NCBI GenBank assembly: GCA_965368975.1
Contig: CBDUPA010000014.1
Location: 64,001 to 128,000 of the forward strand
Reading direction: 5' to 3'
From: an uncultured bacterium
Lineage (GTDB): Bacteria > Acidobacteriota > Thermoanaerobaculia > Multivoradales > JAHZIX01
DNA: 64,000 nucleotides
Shown piece by piece: positions 39,838-49,160 of this stretch (the stretch's first letter is position 1; every line of letters begins with the position of its first letter). Under the pieces are notes generated by a model. The model worked only from the letters and a program-made list of their open reading frames with translations. It searched no databases and was not told the origin of the DNA. A program made the translations under genes and the position numbers.

Positions 39838-40131
39838 ATGAGTCAAAAGCAGAAGAAAATTGCCACCTGGGGTGTGGTGGCGCTGGCCGCCCTGGCGGTG
39901 GTCGTGCTCGCCGGCCTGACCTATGCGCCGCAGAGTAACGCGATTCCGATGGAACCCAACTGCAGCTACAACCAGGACAAGCACGTCACCTACTATCAGA
40001 CCATCTTCAAGGAGATGGAAGTCGGTGGCAAGATCGACTACGGCTGCTTCTGCGGTGGCAGCACAGTCACCTGGGGACAGACGTCCTCATACTCGGAGGT
40101 CACCTGTACCTCCTGCTCCTGCATGTACTGA
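39838..40131 (+). CDS. Small secreted Cys-rich protein (DUF6289-like)
   Basis: Signal peptide; TYY...VGG...GCFC...WGQTSSY...CTSCSC; CAGGAG RBS; AT-rich upstream region. Confidence 0.75.
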   Translation: MSQKQKKIATWGVVALAALAVVVLAGLTYAPQSNAIPMEPNCSYNQDKHVTYYQTIFKEMEVGGKIDYGCFCGGSTVTWGQTSSYSEVTCTSCSCMY

Positions 40132-40162
40132 GCCGCTTGATGTGCAACGGCATCGGCGCGCG

Positions 40163-41446
40163 CTATGGCGCCGGTGCCGCCAGGTCCCAGAGCAGCACTT
40201 CGATCTGCAGGCGGCCACCGCGCGTGCCCTGGACTTTGAGCGCGGTCGAGTAACTGTCGCCGGTGACCTCACTCGGCTGCAGGGTCATGGTGAAGCGGCG
40301 CTGACGGTCGGGCAGCAGGTCGGCGACGGTGTGCGAGACGTGCGTAATCTCGACACCCAGCGGTGCGCGGAGGCCAGACAGCCCGAGCAGGTTGAGCGGT
40401 AAAGTCAGTTCTTGCCCCGGTTCGATGTCGCTGTCGGCGATGGTCAGGTTGACCGCCACGTTGCGCAGCGGCCCGCTGGCGCGCAGAGCCTCATCCTCGA
40501 TGAAGATCTCCCGGCTGCCGAGCGGCGAGCGCGGCGCTAACGCCAGCAGGTGACGCGGCGATTCGGCGAGCAGTTGCAGCGTGGTACCGCCCACCGTCAC
40601 CTTGGTGGTGGTCAGGTCGCCGTCGAACGGACCGCGCATGGCGAAGGGTGCCTCGGCCTGGATACGCGCCGGCACCTCCGCTCCCTCAACCGCCGGCGGT
40701 GCCTCTCCGAGCACCGGCACGACGTTGGCCCCCAGCTGCGTGCCATCGGCGTTCCACAGGTCGACCGGTACCTGGAACTGCGCCTCCGCCGGGATCGTGC
40801 CTACCCAGCGACCGGCAGGGAACAGCGACAGACCTGCAGTGCTCACCGGCTGACCGGCGATGTCCAGACGGTAGCCGCGCAGGGCGTCGAGGTTGCGACT
40901 GCGCTGGCGCTCGGAATCCCCCGCCGGCAACAGGCGCAAGGTGCCGGACGCCTGCTCGCCGGGGCTCATGTCGAGCGGCAGATAGAGCACCAAGTCACCC
41001 GACATGACGCTGAACGTCAGCGTCTGGTAGCCGGAGCGCTCGATCAGCGCCGACGACACGACGTCCTCGGCTGATGGCCCCTCCTTACGGCTGCCCAACA
41101 CGTCACCGTCCGCCTCGGTCCACCACCAGCGGTCGAGGATCGGGGCGCTCGGACAGTTGTGGCGCAGCAACAAACGTGCGACACCGCCCGGCGCCACCTG
41201 GCCACGATACAGCCGCAGGTTGCCGCGAACACCGGCGTTGGCCTGGAAGGGGCCGCTGTTGGTGACACCGACCTCGCAGTCGTCGACATCGAACTCGATC
41301 ATCATGCCGGCGGCGGGAACGCTCTGCAGATTCTTGAAGGCCACCTGGAGGACCTGCGCCGCAGCGGAGACCTCGGTCAGAGCCACGATCAGGACCAGCG
41401 CCAAGATCACCGCGAATGTGCGCGGACCGTGGTGAACCCGGCTCAT
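40163..41446 (-). CDS. Hypothetical exported beta-rich protein
   Basis: Signal peptide ending AAA; ATG overlaps the sixA stop; GGGAGG RBS. Confidence 0.7.
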   Translation of the reverse strand: MSRVHHGPRTFAVILALVLIVALTEVSAAAQVLQVAFKNLQSVPAAGMMIEFDVDDCEVGVTNSGPFQANAGVRGNLRLYRGQVAPGGVARLLLRHNCPSAPILDRWWWTEADGDVLGSRKEGPSAEDVVSSALIERSGYQTLTFSVMSGDLVLYLPLDMSPGEQASGTLRLLPAGDSERQRSRNLDALRGYRLDIAGQPVSTAGLSLFPAGRWVGTIPAEAQFQVPVDLWNADGTQLGANVVPVLGEAPPAVEGAEVPARIQAEAPFAMRGPFDGDLTTTKVTVGGTTLQLLAESPRHLLALAPRSPLGSREIFIEDEALRASGPLRNVAVNLTIADSDIEPGQELTLPLNLLGLSGLRAPLGVEITHVSHTVADLLPDRQRRFTMTLQPSEVTGDSYSTALKVQGTRGGRLQIEVLLWDLAAPAP

Positions 41447-42000
41447 ACCACACCTCCCGCGGTCGCTTCCAGATCTACTTCGCGCTGCACCAACGCCAGA
41501 TCGCGCAGCTGGTCCGCGGTCAGCGACCACTGCAGCACGGCAGCACCAGCCACCAACCCCTGCGGGAACTCGACCAGGCAGGCGCCGCCCTCCGAAATCG
41601 TGAGCAGACGCTTCTCGTTGCCGATGATCAGCCAGCCGGCGAGCAGACTGAGCGCGGGCTCGTGCCCCACCAGCGCAATCGTGTCGGCGCGCTTGCGCGT
41701 GCGTAGCCAGCGGACGGCAGCGATCGACGAGCTGGTGGGCGACAGGTCTGGTACCTGAACCACATCCAGGCCGTACTCCTGACCTAGGATCTCAGCCGTC
41801 TCCTGCGACCGCCGTAGCGGGCTACAGCCGAGCAAGTCGACATCGGGCACCTGACGTACCAACGCACGCGCGGTGTGCCGCATCGTCTCGCGCCCTTCCT
41901 CGGTCAACGGGCGCTGGTCGTCATGCTCGTCACCGAAGAGCGCGAAGGTCTCCGCGTCTTCCGCGATAGCGTGGTGGATGAACAGGATTCTTCGGGCCAT
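41443..42000 (-). CDS. sixA: SixA-like histidine phosphatase
   Basis: FIHHAIAE, RPLT.EG, SPL.RS.ETAEI, LVGHEP. Confidence 0.75.
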   Translation of the reverse strand: MARRILFIHHAIAEDAETFALFGDEHDDQRPLTEEGRETMRHTARALVRQVPDVDLLGCSPLRRSQETAEILGQEYGLDVVQVPDLSPTSSSIAAVRWLRTRKRADTIALVGHEPALSLLAGWLIIGNEKRLLTISEGGACLVEFPQGLVAGAAVLQWSLTADQLRDLALVQREVDLEATAGGVV

Positions 42001-42297
42001 AGCTGGACTCCGACTGGTTCATAGGAAGCGATTTCGGGTAGCCAGCAGCATATGATGGTGCTCCCCCCGCGATGATGACGACAGCTCTGACAGGCAGGCA
42101 AGCTCTGAGAGATTCGGGCTGCTTCTACTCCCAGAGGATTTATTAGTCTAACAGGCACCCGTCATGAGAAGAAAGGCCAGCTTCGACGGCCCGAGAGCCA
42201 CGACAGCCTCGAAACGTGACGCCGCAGCCGACAAAACGACCGGTAGCAGGGCCGATGCAGCGGCCTCGGCAACCACCATGAGAAAGGAATCGGAAAG

Positions 42298-42468
42298 ATG
42301 GCTACAGCCCCGGAATCTATGGTCTGCCTCGAGTGCGAGTCGCCGTGCTATGTCTTCGAGTGGCAGGGAGACAAGATCGTCGAGATCCTGTGCGAGGTCT
42401 GCGGCAATGAGGATCCGGACTCGTTCATGACCCAGGACGACCTGGACGCCATGCTATCCGCCGAATAG
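42298..42468 (+). CDS. 56-aa acidic Zn-ribbon-type protein with two CxxC motifs
   Basis: Not in the ORF track. MATAPESMVCLECESPCYVFEWQGDKIVEILCEVCGNEDPDSFMTQDDLDAMLSAE; purine-rich RBS and host-like codons. Confidence 0.75.
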   Translation: MATAPESMVCLECESPCYVFEWQGDKIVEILCEVCGNEDPDSFMTQDDLDAMLSAE

Positions 42469-42529
42469 CTGTCAACCACGAGCTGCCACCCCAAGAGGGC
42501 CATCCGACCGCGACGGTCCGCGCCCAGCT

Positions 42530-43918
42530 TCACGCCGCCGATGACGCCGCGGCGGATCGCTCCGACATCGGCAGCCACAAGCGCACGAGGGTGCCACGAC
42601 CAAGCTCGCTCTCGACTTCCAGGCGGCCGTCGTGCGAGCGCGCAATGCGCTGCACGATGGGTAGACCCAGGCCGGTACCGCCTTTGCGTGTCGAGAAGAA
42701 GACTTCGAACATCTTCTGCCGGCTCTCCTCATCCAGACCAATACCGTTGTCCTCGACCTCCAAGGCCACCAGGCGGTCTTCGGTGCGCGCCCGCAACACC
42801 AACCGCGGCGGCCGGTCCTTCAGCCCCTCGGTGGCCGCCAGCGCATTGTGCAGCAGGTTGAGCAACAGCTGGCGCATCTGACCGGGATCGACGGTCACCT
42901 GGACGCCGTCGCTGAGATCCTCGACCGCCATCGCCACACCCCTCGCTTCCAGCTCGGCGGCCATCACCGCCAGCGTCGCGTCGAACAGCTCGATCGGCGT
43001 GCGTGCCTCACGCTCGAGCGGCCGCGAGCGTGCGTACGAGAGAAAGTCCGACACCAGTCTTTCGAGACGGTGAATCTCGCTGCGCGTAATCGCCAGCAAA
43101 CGCTGATTGGCCGGATTGGCTCCGCCCGCCGCGCTGTCGGCTTCGTCCTCCTGCAGCAGTTGCATGTTGAGGTTGAGCGAGTTGAGCGGGTTGCGGATCT
43201 CGTGCGCCAGACCAGCCGCCAGCGTACCGATATAGGCCAACCGCTCCGCCTCGCGCGCCTGGTCTTCGAGCCGCTGGGCGCGCTTCAGCACCAACCAGAC
43301 ACAGGCATAGGCGGCGGCCAATAGCACCAGGGTTCCGAGCCCGATCCACAGCGTCTTGCGCACCAGATCCCGGCGCAGCACCGACACCCGCTTTTCCAGC
43401 TGCACGCGATCGATTTGCAAACGCAGGGTTCCCAGCTCGCCGATGTCCTCGACCACCACGCTCGAGTCCAACTCGTGCTCTTCGAACTCCGAGATCTCGT
43501 GCCGCAGGCTCGGCCGTTCCTGCAGGCTTGGCGGCTGCAGCGTCTCGTCCTGTGACTCGGGAATCGTCGTGCGCGTGGTCTGGCGGAAGACCAACATACC
43601 TTCCTTGGTCATCACCTCGACGGTCTCGACGATATCCGTCTGCTGCAGCACTTCGTCGAGATAGGTCCGCGTTTCGCGCTGCGACGCCACCACATCGTAG
43701 AGGTCGCGATTCTCGGCGCTGGCGGCGTCGGCCAGCCGGCGCGCCAGCTCACTGGCGTCCTGCCGCGTATCCAGCAGCACTCGGTCGATCTCGCGCTGCG
43801 ACAAGGACCGGAACACCAGCCAGCCGAAGAGCACGATATCGCAGAGCACGAAGAGGCCGAAGAGCACGGAGACCCAGAGCAATCGGCGACGAAAGGTCGA
43901 CGGCGCGATGTCGCTCAT
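42530..43918 (-). CDS. Membrane sensor histidine kinase
   Basis: Two TMs, LAHEIRNPL H-box, NLLHNA, EDNGIG, FF.T..GGTGLGL. Confidence 0.93.
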   Translation of the reverse strand: MSDIAPSTFRRRLLWVSVLFGLFVLCDIVLFGWLVFRSLSQREIDRVLLDTRQDASELARRLADAASAENRDLYDVVASQRETRTYLDEVLQQTDIVETVEVMTKEGMLVFRQTTRTTIPESQDETLQPPSLQERPSLRHEISEFEEHELDSSVVVEDIGELGTLRLQIDRVQLEKRVSVLRRDLVRKTLWIGLGTLVLLAAAYACVWLVLKRAQRLEDQAREAERLAYIGTLAAGLAHEIRNPLNSLNLNMQLLQEDEADSAAGGANPANQRLLAITRSEIHRLERLVSDFLSYARSRPLEREARTPIELFDATLAVMAAELEARGVAMAVEDLSDGVQVTVDPGQMRQLLLNLLHNALAATEGLKDRPPRLVLRARTEDRLVALEVEDNGIGLDEESRQKMFEVFFSTRKGGTGLGLPIVQRIARSHDGRLEVESELGRGTLVRLWLPMSERSAAASSAA

Positions 43919-44188
43919 GGCCGCGAGAATACACGAAAAGACGCAGCACGGCGGAGAAGTCCACGAAAGTGCCTGATTGTCGACCAGGAGGCCGGTAAAA
44001 GTTCCGCGAAAGCGGACCTCATGGAGGGTCGTCTATTTGACCGCCCGCGGGCAGTCGAGTACCATCCCGATACATGATCTCACTGTTGTGTCATGGGCCT
44101 GCTATCTTCCCCAACCTCACCGCCTTGTCCCGCCTCCGCGGTCCCCGTCCCGGGGCTGGCAGCGCAGCGAGTACGGCTGGGCCCTAGG

Positions 44189-45907
44189 TTGCTGATTCCC
44201 GCATCTCTCACCCACCCTCTTCGCCGCCAGCGACTCCACTCCTCGTGGACACGACGGGCCGGCATTGCGGGTTGCTGTGCGCTGCTGCTGCTCGGACTCG
44301 CTTGCGGCTCGAAGCCCGAAGCCGAATCTGGAGAGCAGAAGCCCGCGACCGACCACGTCACCCTGGCGCCGCGCCAGGGCGGTACCGTCGTGATCGCCTA
44401 CTCCAGCGACATCGACGGCGTCAACGAGCTGGTCCACGGCAGCACGCAGCCGATGCGCCACGTGCTCGAACAAATGTTCCTGCGGCTGCTCCACGAACAA
44501 CCCGACTTCACCGAGCAGCCGCCGACCTTCGAGCCTCGCTTGGCCGAGTCCTACGAATTCTCCGACGACCACCTGACCCTCACCTTCCGGCTGCGCCGTA
44601 ACGCCGTGTGGAGCGACGGGGTGCCGATCACCGCCGAGGATGTGCGCTGGACCTGGCAGGCTCAGAACCACCCCGCGGTCGCTTGGGACAACGTGGTCAT
44701 GAAGGCCAGCATCCGCGATGTCGAGGTCGTCGACCCCTACACCGTGCGCTACCACTTCACGCACGCCTATCCAGGGCAACTCGTGCACGCCAACGAGGGC
44801 AACATCCTGCCCAAGCACGCCTGGAGTCAGCTGCCGTTCGACCGCTGGCGTCAAGAGGCTGACTGGTTCACCGACCACCTCGTCGTCTCGGGCCCGTTCC
44901 GCCTCGCTTCCTGGCGCCCCAACCAGGACATCGTGCTCGAGCCCAACGAGCGGTACTTCGAAGACGACATTCCCTACCTCGACCGCGTCGTCTTCCGCAT
45001 CCTGCCGGACCCGGCGGCGCAGTACCAAGCGTTCCTCAGCGGTGAAGTCGACTTCCTGCGCCAACTCACCGCCTCGACCGCCCTGGAAGTGACCAATCGT
45101 CCCGGCAACCGCCTGATCACCTTCTACCCACCAGCCTACTGTTCCGTGATCTGGAACCTGCGCCGGCCGCAGTTCCAAGACGCCCGAGTGCGCCGAGCTC
45201 TGACGCTCGGAATCGACCGGCAGGCCATCGTCGACACACTGTGGTTTGGCTTCGCCCAGATTGGCAGCTCACCAGTGATCTCGACACTGTGGGGCCACAA
45301 GCGCGACCTGCCCCCCTTGCCCTACGACCCCGAGCGCGCCCGCGGCCTGCTCGACGAGGCCGGCTGGATCGACCGTGATGGCAACGGCGTGCGCGAGAAT
45401 AGCGATGGCGTCCAGCTGACCTTCGACCTGCTGGTCAACGCCGGCAACAACGAGCGCAAGAACGCCGCCGAAATGATCCAGCAGCAGCTGCGTCAGGTCG
45501 GCATCGAGGCTCGCCCGCGCACCCTCGACTGGAACACCGTCGGCGCACGCTTGGAAAGCCGCAACTTCGACGCCACGATCGTCGCGCTCGGTGTCGAGAC
45601 CAGCATCGACCTCAGCTCCACCTTCCACAGCCGCGGCGTCGAGCACGAACTCAACTACAGCGGCTACGCCGATGACGAGGCCGATCGGCTGCTCGACGAG
45701 GCACGCCAGCAGGTGCAACTGCAAGACACCCTGCCCTACTTGCACCAGTTGCAGGAGCTGCTGCACCGGGACCAGCCGGTCACCTTGCTGTGGGAGTCAC
45801 AGCGCCTGATCGGTATCAAAGAGCGCGTGCACGGCGCCGAGCCCAACGCCCTCAGCGACCTCGACAACCTGCGCTATTGGTGGGTGGCGGACGCCCCCGC
45901 CGACTGA
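44189..45907 (+). CDS. ABC transporter substrate-binding lipoprotein, family 5 (peptide/nickel)
   Basis: Lipobox GLA-C, PRLAESY, WSDGVPITAEDV, SGPF, DARVRRAL. Start uncertain (ORF open from 44093). Confidence 0.9.
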   Translation: MLIPASLTHPLRRQRLHSSWTRRAGIAGCCALLLLGLACGSKPEAESGEQKPATDHVTLAPRQGGTVVIAYSSDIDGVNELVHGSTQPMRHVLEQMFLRLLHEQPDFTEQPPTFEPRLAESYEFSDDHLTLTFRLRRNAVWSDGVPITAEDVRWTWQAQNHPAVAWDNVVMKASIRDVEVVDPYTVRYHFTHAYPGQLVHANEGNILPKHAWSQLPFDRWRQEADWFTDHLVVSGPFRLASWRPNQDIVLEPNERYFEDDIPYLDRVVFRILPDPAAQYQAFLSGEVDFLRQLTASTALEVTNRPGNRLITFYPPAYCSVIWNLRRPQFQDARVRRALTLGIDRQAIVDTLWFGFAQIGSSPVISTLWGHKRDLPPLPYDPERARGLLDEAGWIDRDGNGVRENSDGVQLTFDLLVNAGNNERKNAAEMIQQQLRQVGIEARPRTLDWNTVGARLESRNFDATIVALGVETSIDLSSTFHSRGVEHELNYSGYADDEADRLLDEARQQVQLQDTLPYLHQLQELLHRDQPVTLLWESQRLIGIKERVHGAEPNALSDLDNLRYWWVADAPAD

Positions 45908-45922
45908 GTCGAGTCGACCGCC

Positions 45923-46915
45923 GTGACCGCCTACCTGCTGCGGCGCCTGGCGGCCTCCCTGCTGCTGGTCTTCCTCGTCCTCACCGCCTCCTTCTTCCTC
46001 ATTCGCATCGCTCCCGGCGGTCCCCTGGCGCTCTACGAGGCGTCGCAACTCAATAGCGAGCAGACGCAGGTTCTCCGCCAGCTCTACGGTCTCGACCGTC
46101 CCTTGGTCGAGCAATATGTACGCTGGCTCGGCACTCTGCTGCTCGAAGGCGAGTGGGGCACCTCCTTCCAGTACCACCGTCCGGCGCTGCAAGTTCTCTG
46201 GCAGACCATCCCCTACTCCTTCGTGCTGGCCTGCAGCGCCCTCTTCCTGCAGTACGTCTTCGGCATCCTGCTCGGTGTCGCCGCGGCGCGCAAGCCGGGC
46301 AGCTGGGTCGACCAGTCCGTACGCCTGATGTCGATGGGCCTCTACTCCGTGCCCCTCTTCTGGCTGGCGCTGATGGCCATCCTGGTGTTCCACGTCTGGT
46401 GGGGCCTGGTGCCCGGCGGTGGCGCCACCTCCGTCGGCATCGACAGCATGGCCATGTGGCCGGCCTTGCTCGACCGCCTGCACCACTTGGCCCTACCCGC
46501 GATCGTGCTCGGCGTCACCTCCGCCGGCGCCCTGGCGCGCTTCGTGCGCAACAGCCTGATCGACAACCTGAGTCAAGACCACGTGCGCACCGCACGCGCC
46601 AAGGGCCTGTCCGAAAGCCGCGTGCTGTGGATGCACGGCGTGCGCAACTCGCTGGTGCCGCTGGTCCAGTTGCTCGGCTTCGCCCTGCCGCGCCTGCTCA
46701 ACGGCGTGCTGGTCGTCGAAGTCGTCTTCGCTTGGCCCGGGCTCGGGCGCGTCATGTTCGACGCCAGCATGGCGCGCGACTACCCGCTCATCCTCGCCGG
46801 TACCGTCTTTAGCGCGACCCTTGTGATCGCTTCCAACCTGCTCGCCGACGGCCTCCACATGCTCGCCGATCCGCGCGTCCGGCACGCGCACGCCCAACCG
46901 GGACTCCAGGGATGA
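45923..46915 (+). CDS. ABC permease, OppB/DppB type
   Basis: GLDRPL..QY, TARAKGL, VFAWPGLG, RDYP. Confidence 0.93.
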   Translation: MTAYLLRRLAASLLLVFLVLTASFFLIRIAPGGPLALYEASQLNSEQTQVLRQLYGLDRPLVEQYVRWLGTLLLEGEWGTSFQYHRPALQVLWQTIPYSFVLACSALFLQYVFGILLGVAAARKPGSWVDQSVRLMSMGLYSVPLFWLALMAILVFHVWWGLVPGGGATSVGIDSMAMWPALLDRLHHLALPAIVLGVTSAGALARFVRNSLIDNLSQDHVRTARAKGLSESRVLWMHGVRNSLVPLVQLLGFALPRLLNGVLVVEVVFAWPGLGRVMFDASMARDYPLILAGTVFSATLVIASNLLADGLHMLADPRVRHAHAQPGLQG

Positions 46916-47967
46916 GTGACGCCGCCCTCACTCCCCTTGACCCGCTCCCCGTCGAGCCCCCCTACAGGCGCCCCTGGATTTCACCTGCCTGGCGTAGCTC
47001 CCTGCTACCCGGCCTGATCCTGCTCGCCCTCCCCGTCCTGCTGGCCCTGCTGCCTCCCTCCGTCGATCCAGCGCAGATGGTCGACCCGGCCGTCAGTCGC
47101 CACCGGCCCCCCGGCACGGTGCTGTGGGAACTGCACCAGGAGGACGGTCGCGTGCTGCTGGCCGAAGAGGTCCACGTCGATGGCGATCGACTCCTCCTGC
47201 TCAGCCGCGGTCAGCAACGCGACATCGCCCGCGCCTCCATCACCAACCTCGACGGAGATGGCCATCCCACCGACCGCCGCCGCTACTGGCTGGGCTCCGA
47301 CCAGCTCGGCCGCGACGTCGCCGCCCGCCTCGTCGTCGGTGCGCGCATTTCCCTGCTGCTCGGCGTGCTATCCGTCTTCGTCGCCATGATCATCGGCGTC
47401 GCCATCGGTGCTCTGTCGGCCAGTGGCGGCCCCTGGCTCGATAGCACCCTGATGCGCCTGGTGGATGCCTGCATGGCCTTCCCACAACTCTTCCTCCTCA
47501 TCGCCCTCGCCGCAGTGCTGCAACCCACTACTTGGGTCGTCGTCCTGTTCATCGGCGGCACCAGCTGGATGCGCATCAGCCGCCTCACCCGTGCTGAACT
47601 GCTCGGCCTGCGCAACCAAGACTTCGTCCTCGCCGCCCGCGGCATCGGCCAGCGTCCCTCCCGCATCCTGCTGCGCCACCTGCTGCCCAACGCGCTCACG
47701 CCCCTGGTCGTCGAAGCGACACTGATGATCGGCGACGTCATTCTGGTCGAGACCGCCCTCTCCTTCTTCGGCTTCGGCGTCCAGCCCCCCACCCCCAGCT
47801 GGGGCAGCATGATCAACGACGGCCGCGCCGCCCTCGGCGCCGCCCCCTGGGTCTCCCTGCTCCCCGGCATCGCCATCATGATCACCGTCATCGCCTTCAA
47901 CCTAGTAGGCGACGGTCTACGCGACTGGCTCGACCCCAAAAACCACGACAACACCCCTCGCACCTGA
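46912..47967 (+). CDS. ABC permease, OppC/DppC type
   Basis: LGSDQLGRD, GARISL, RHLLPN, LSFFGFGVQPPTPSWG, GDGLRD.LDP. Confidence 0.93.
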   Translation: MSDAALTPLDPLPVEPPYRRPWISPAWRSSLLPGLILLALPVLLALLPPSVDPAQMVDPAVSRHRPPGTVLWELHQEDGRVLLAEEVHVDGDRLLLLSRGQQRDIARASITNLDGDGHPTDRRRYWLGSDQLGRDVAARLVVGARISLLLGVLSVFVAMIIGVAIGALSASGGPWLDSTLMRLVDACMAFPQLFLLIALAAVLQPTTWVVVLFIGGTSWMRISRLTRAELLGLRNQDFVLAARGIGQRPSRILLRHLLPNALTPLVVEATLMIGDVILVETALSFFGFGVQPPTPSWGSMINDGRAALGAAPWVSLLPGIAIMITVIAFNLVGDGLRDWLDPKNHDNTPRT

Positions 47968-47996
47968 GCTCGCCCCTACGTCCTGGACTCACTGCC

Positions 47997-49043
47997 ATGC
48001 GCACCGACGATTTCGACTACGTTCTGCCCCCCGAACGCATCGCCCAGCATCCCCTGCCAAGAGGTGCCAGCCGATTATTGGTGCTCGACGGCGACACCTG
48101 CAAACACCAGCAAGTGAGCGACTTACCCGAGCTTCTCCAGCCCGGCGACCTGCTCGTCGTCAACAACACCCGTGTCATCCCCGCCCGTCTCTTCGCCCAG
48201 CGCCCCGACACCGGTGGCCGCCTCGAGTTGCTGCTCCTCGAACCCGATAGCCGCGACAGCGCAACCTGGACCGCCCTCGCCAAGCCCGCCAAGAAAGCCC
48301 CACCCGGCCGCTGCTTCCAGCTGCTCGACCACGGTGGCGAACTATCAGAGATCGAGCTAGAGATCGTCGAGCGCGGCGAAGAAGGTCGCGTCCGTGTCCG
48401 CTTCTCCGAAGCGATCGAGCCGTACTTACAGCACCTGGGCCACGTCCCCTTGCCGCCCTACATCCAGCGCTGCGACGACGAGGAAGACCGCGAACGCTAC
48501 CAGACCGTCTATGCCCGCCACGACGGCTCCGTCGCGGCTCCGACGGCGGGACTGCACCTGAGTGAAAGCCTGCTGGAAGAGTTGGCGGAAGCCGGTGTGC
48601 AGACGGCGGAAGTGACGCTGCACGTCGGTATCGGAACGTTCCGTCCGGTGAACGTCGAGAAGGCGGAAGATCACCAGATGGACGCGGAGCGCTACGAGAT
48701 TTCCGAAGTAGCGGCGGCGGCGATCGAGCGGACGCGGCGGGAGGGCGGAAAGGTCGTGGCGGTGGGAACGACGGTGGTGCGGACGCTCGAAAGTGCGGCG
48801 CGCGAGGATGGGACGGTGCAGACTGGAACCGGGTCGACGCGGTTGTACATCCGTCCGGGTTTCGAATTTCGCGTCGTGGATCGGTTGCTGACGAATTTTC
48901 ACCTGCCGAAGTCGACGCTGCTGATGTTGGTGAGTGCTTTGGCGGGGCGGGAGCGGGTGCTGGCGGCGTATGCGGAGGCGGTCGAGAGGGAGTATCGGTT
49001 TTATTCGTATGGGGATGCGATGTTGGTGGGGCGAGAGGGGTGA
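47997..49043 (+). CDS. queA: S-adenosylmethionine:tRNA ribosyltransferase-isomerase
   Basis: FDY.LP.ERIAQ.P, PLPPYI, YQTVYA, AAPTAGLH, TNFHLP.STL, YRFYSYGDAML. Confidence 0.97.
   Translation: MRTDDFDYVLPPERIAQHPLPRGASRLLVLDGDTCKHQQVSDLPELLQPGDLLVVNNTRVIPARLFAQRPDTGGRLELLLLEPDSRDSATWTALAKPAKKAPPGRCFQLLDHGGELSEIELEIVERGEEGRVRVRFSEAIEPYLQHLGHVPLPPYIQRCDDEEDRERYQTVYARHDGSVAAPTAGLHLSESLLEELAEAGVQTAEVTLHVGIGTFRPVNVEKAEDHQMDAERYEISEVAAAAIERTRREGGKVVAVGTTVVRTLESAAREDGTVQTGTGSTRLYIRPGFEFRVVDRLLTNFHLPKSTLLMLVSALAGRERVLAAYAEAVEREYRFYSYGDAMLVGREG
48062..48079 (+). repeat. Intragenic copy of the transposase-flanking motif
   Basis: AGGTGCCAGCCGATTATT matches 33859-33876 at 17 of 18 positions. Confidence 0.6.
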
Positions 49044-49072
49044 CCTGAGCCTGAATCCAGCAGGCTCTCTGG

Positions 49073-49098
49073 GTAGGGGTAGGCCCATGTGCCTACCC
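49073..49098 (+). repeat. GTAG-type REP element
   Basis: GTAG followed by the hairpin GGGTAGGC-CCATGT-GCCTACCC. Confidence 0.7.
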
Positions 49099-49160
49099 TG
49101 AGCGGGCGGGGGAATCTCCAGCGGTATCGGCATCTCTGTCGAACTCTGCCCGGGCTAGCC

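Noticed and set aside
42298-42468. Selenoprotein reading of the dual-CxxC protein
   Set aside because: All Cys codons are TGC, there is no in-frame TGA, and the stop is TAG.
44189-47967. ABC transporter lacking ATPase genes
   Set aside because: OppD/F-type ATPases are often encoded elsewhere; not unusual.
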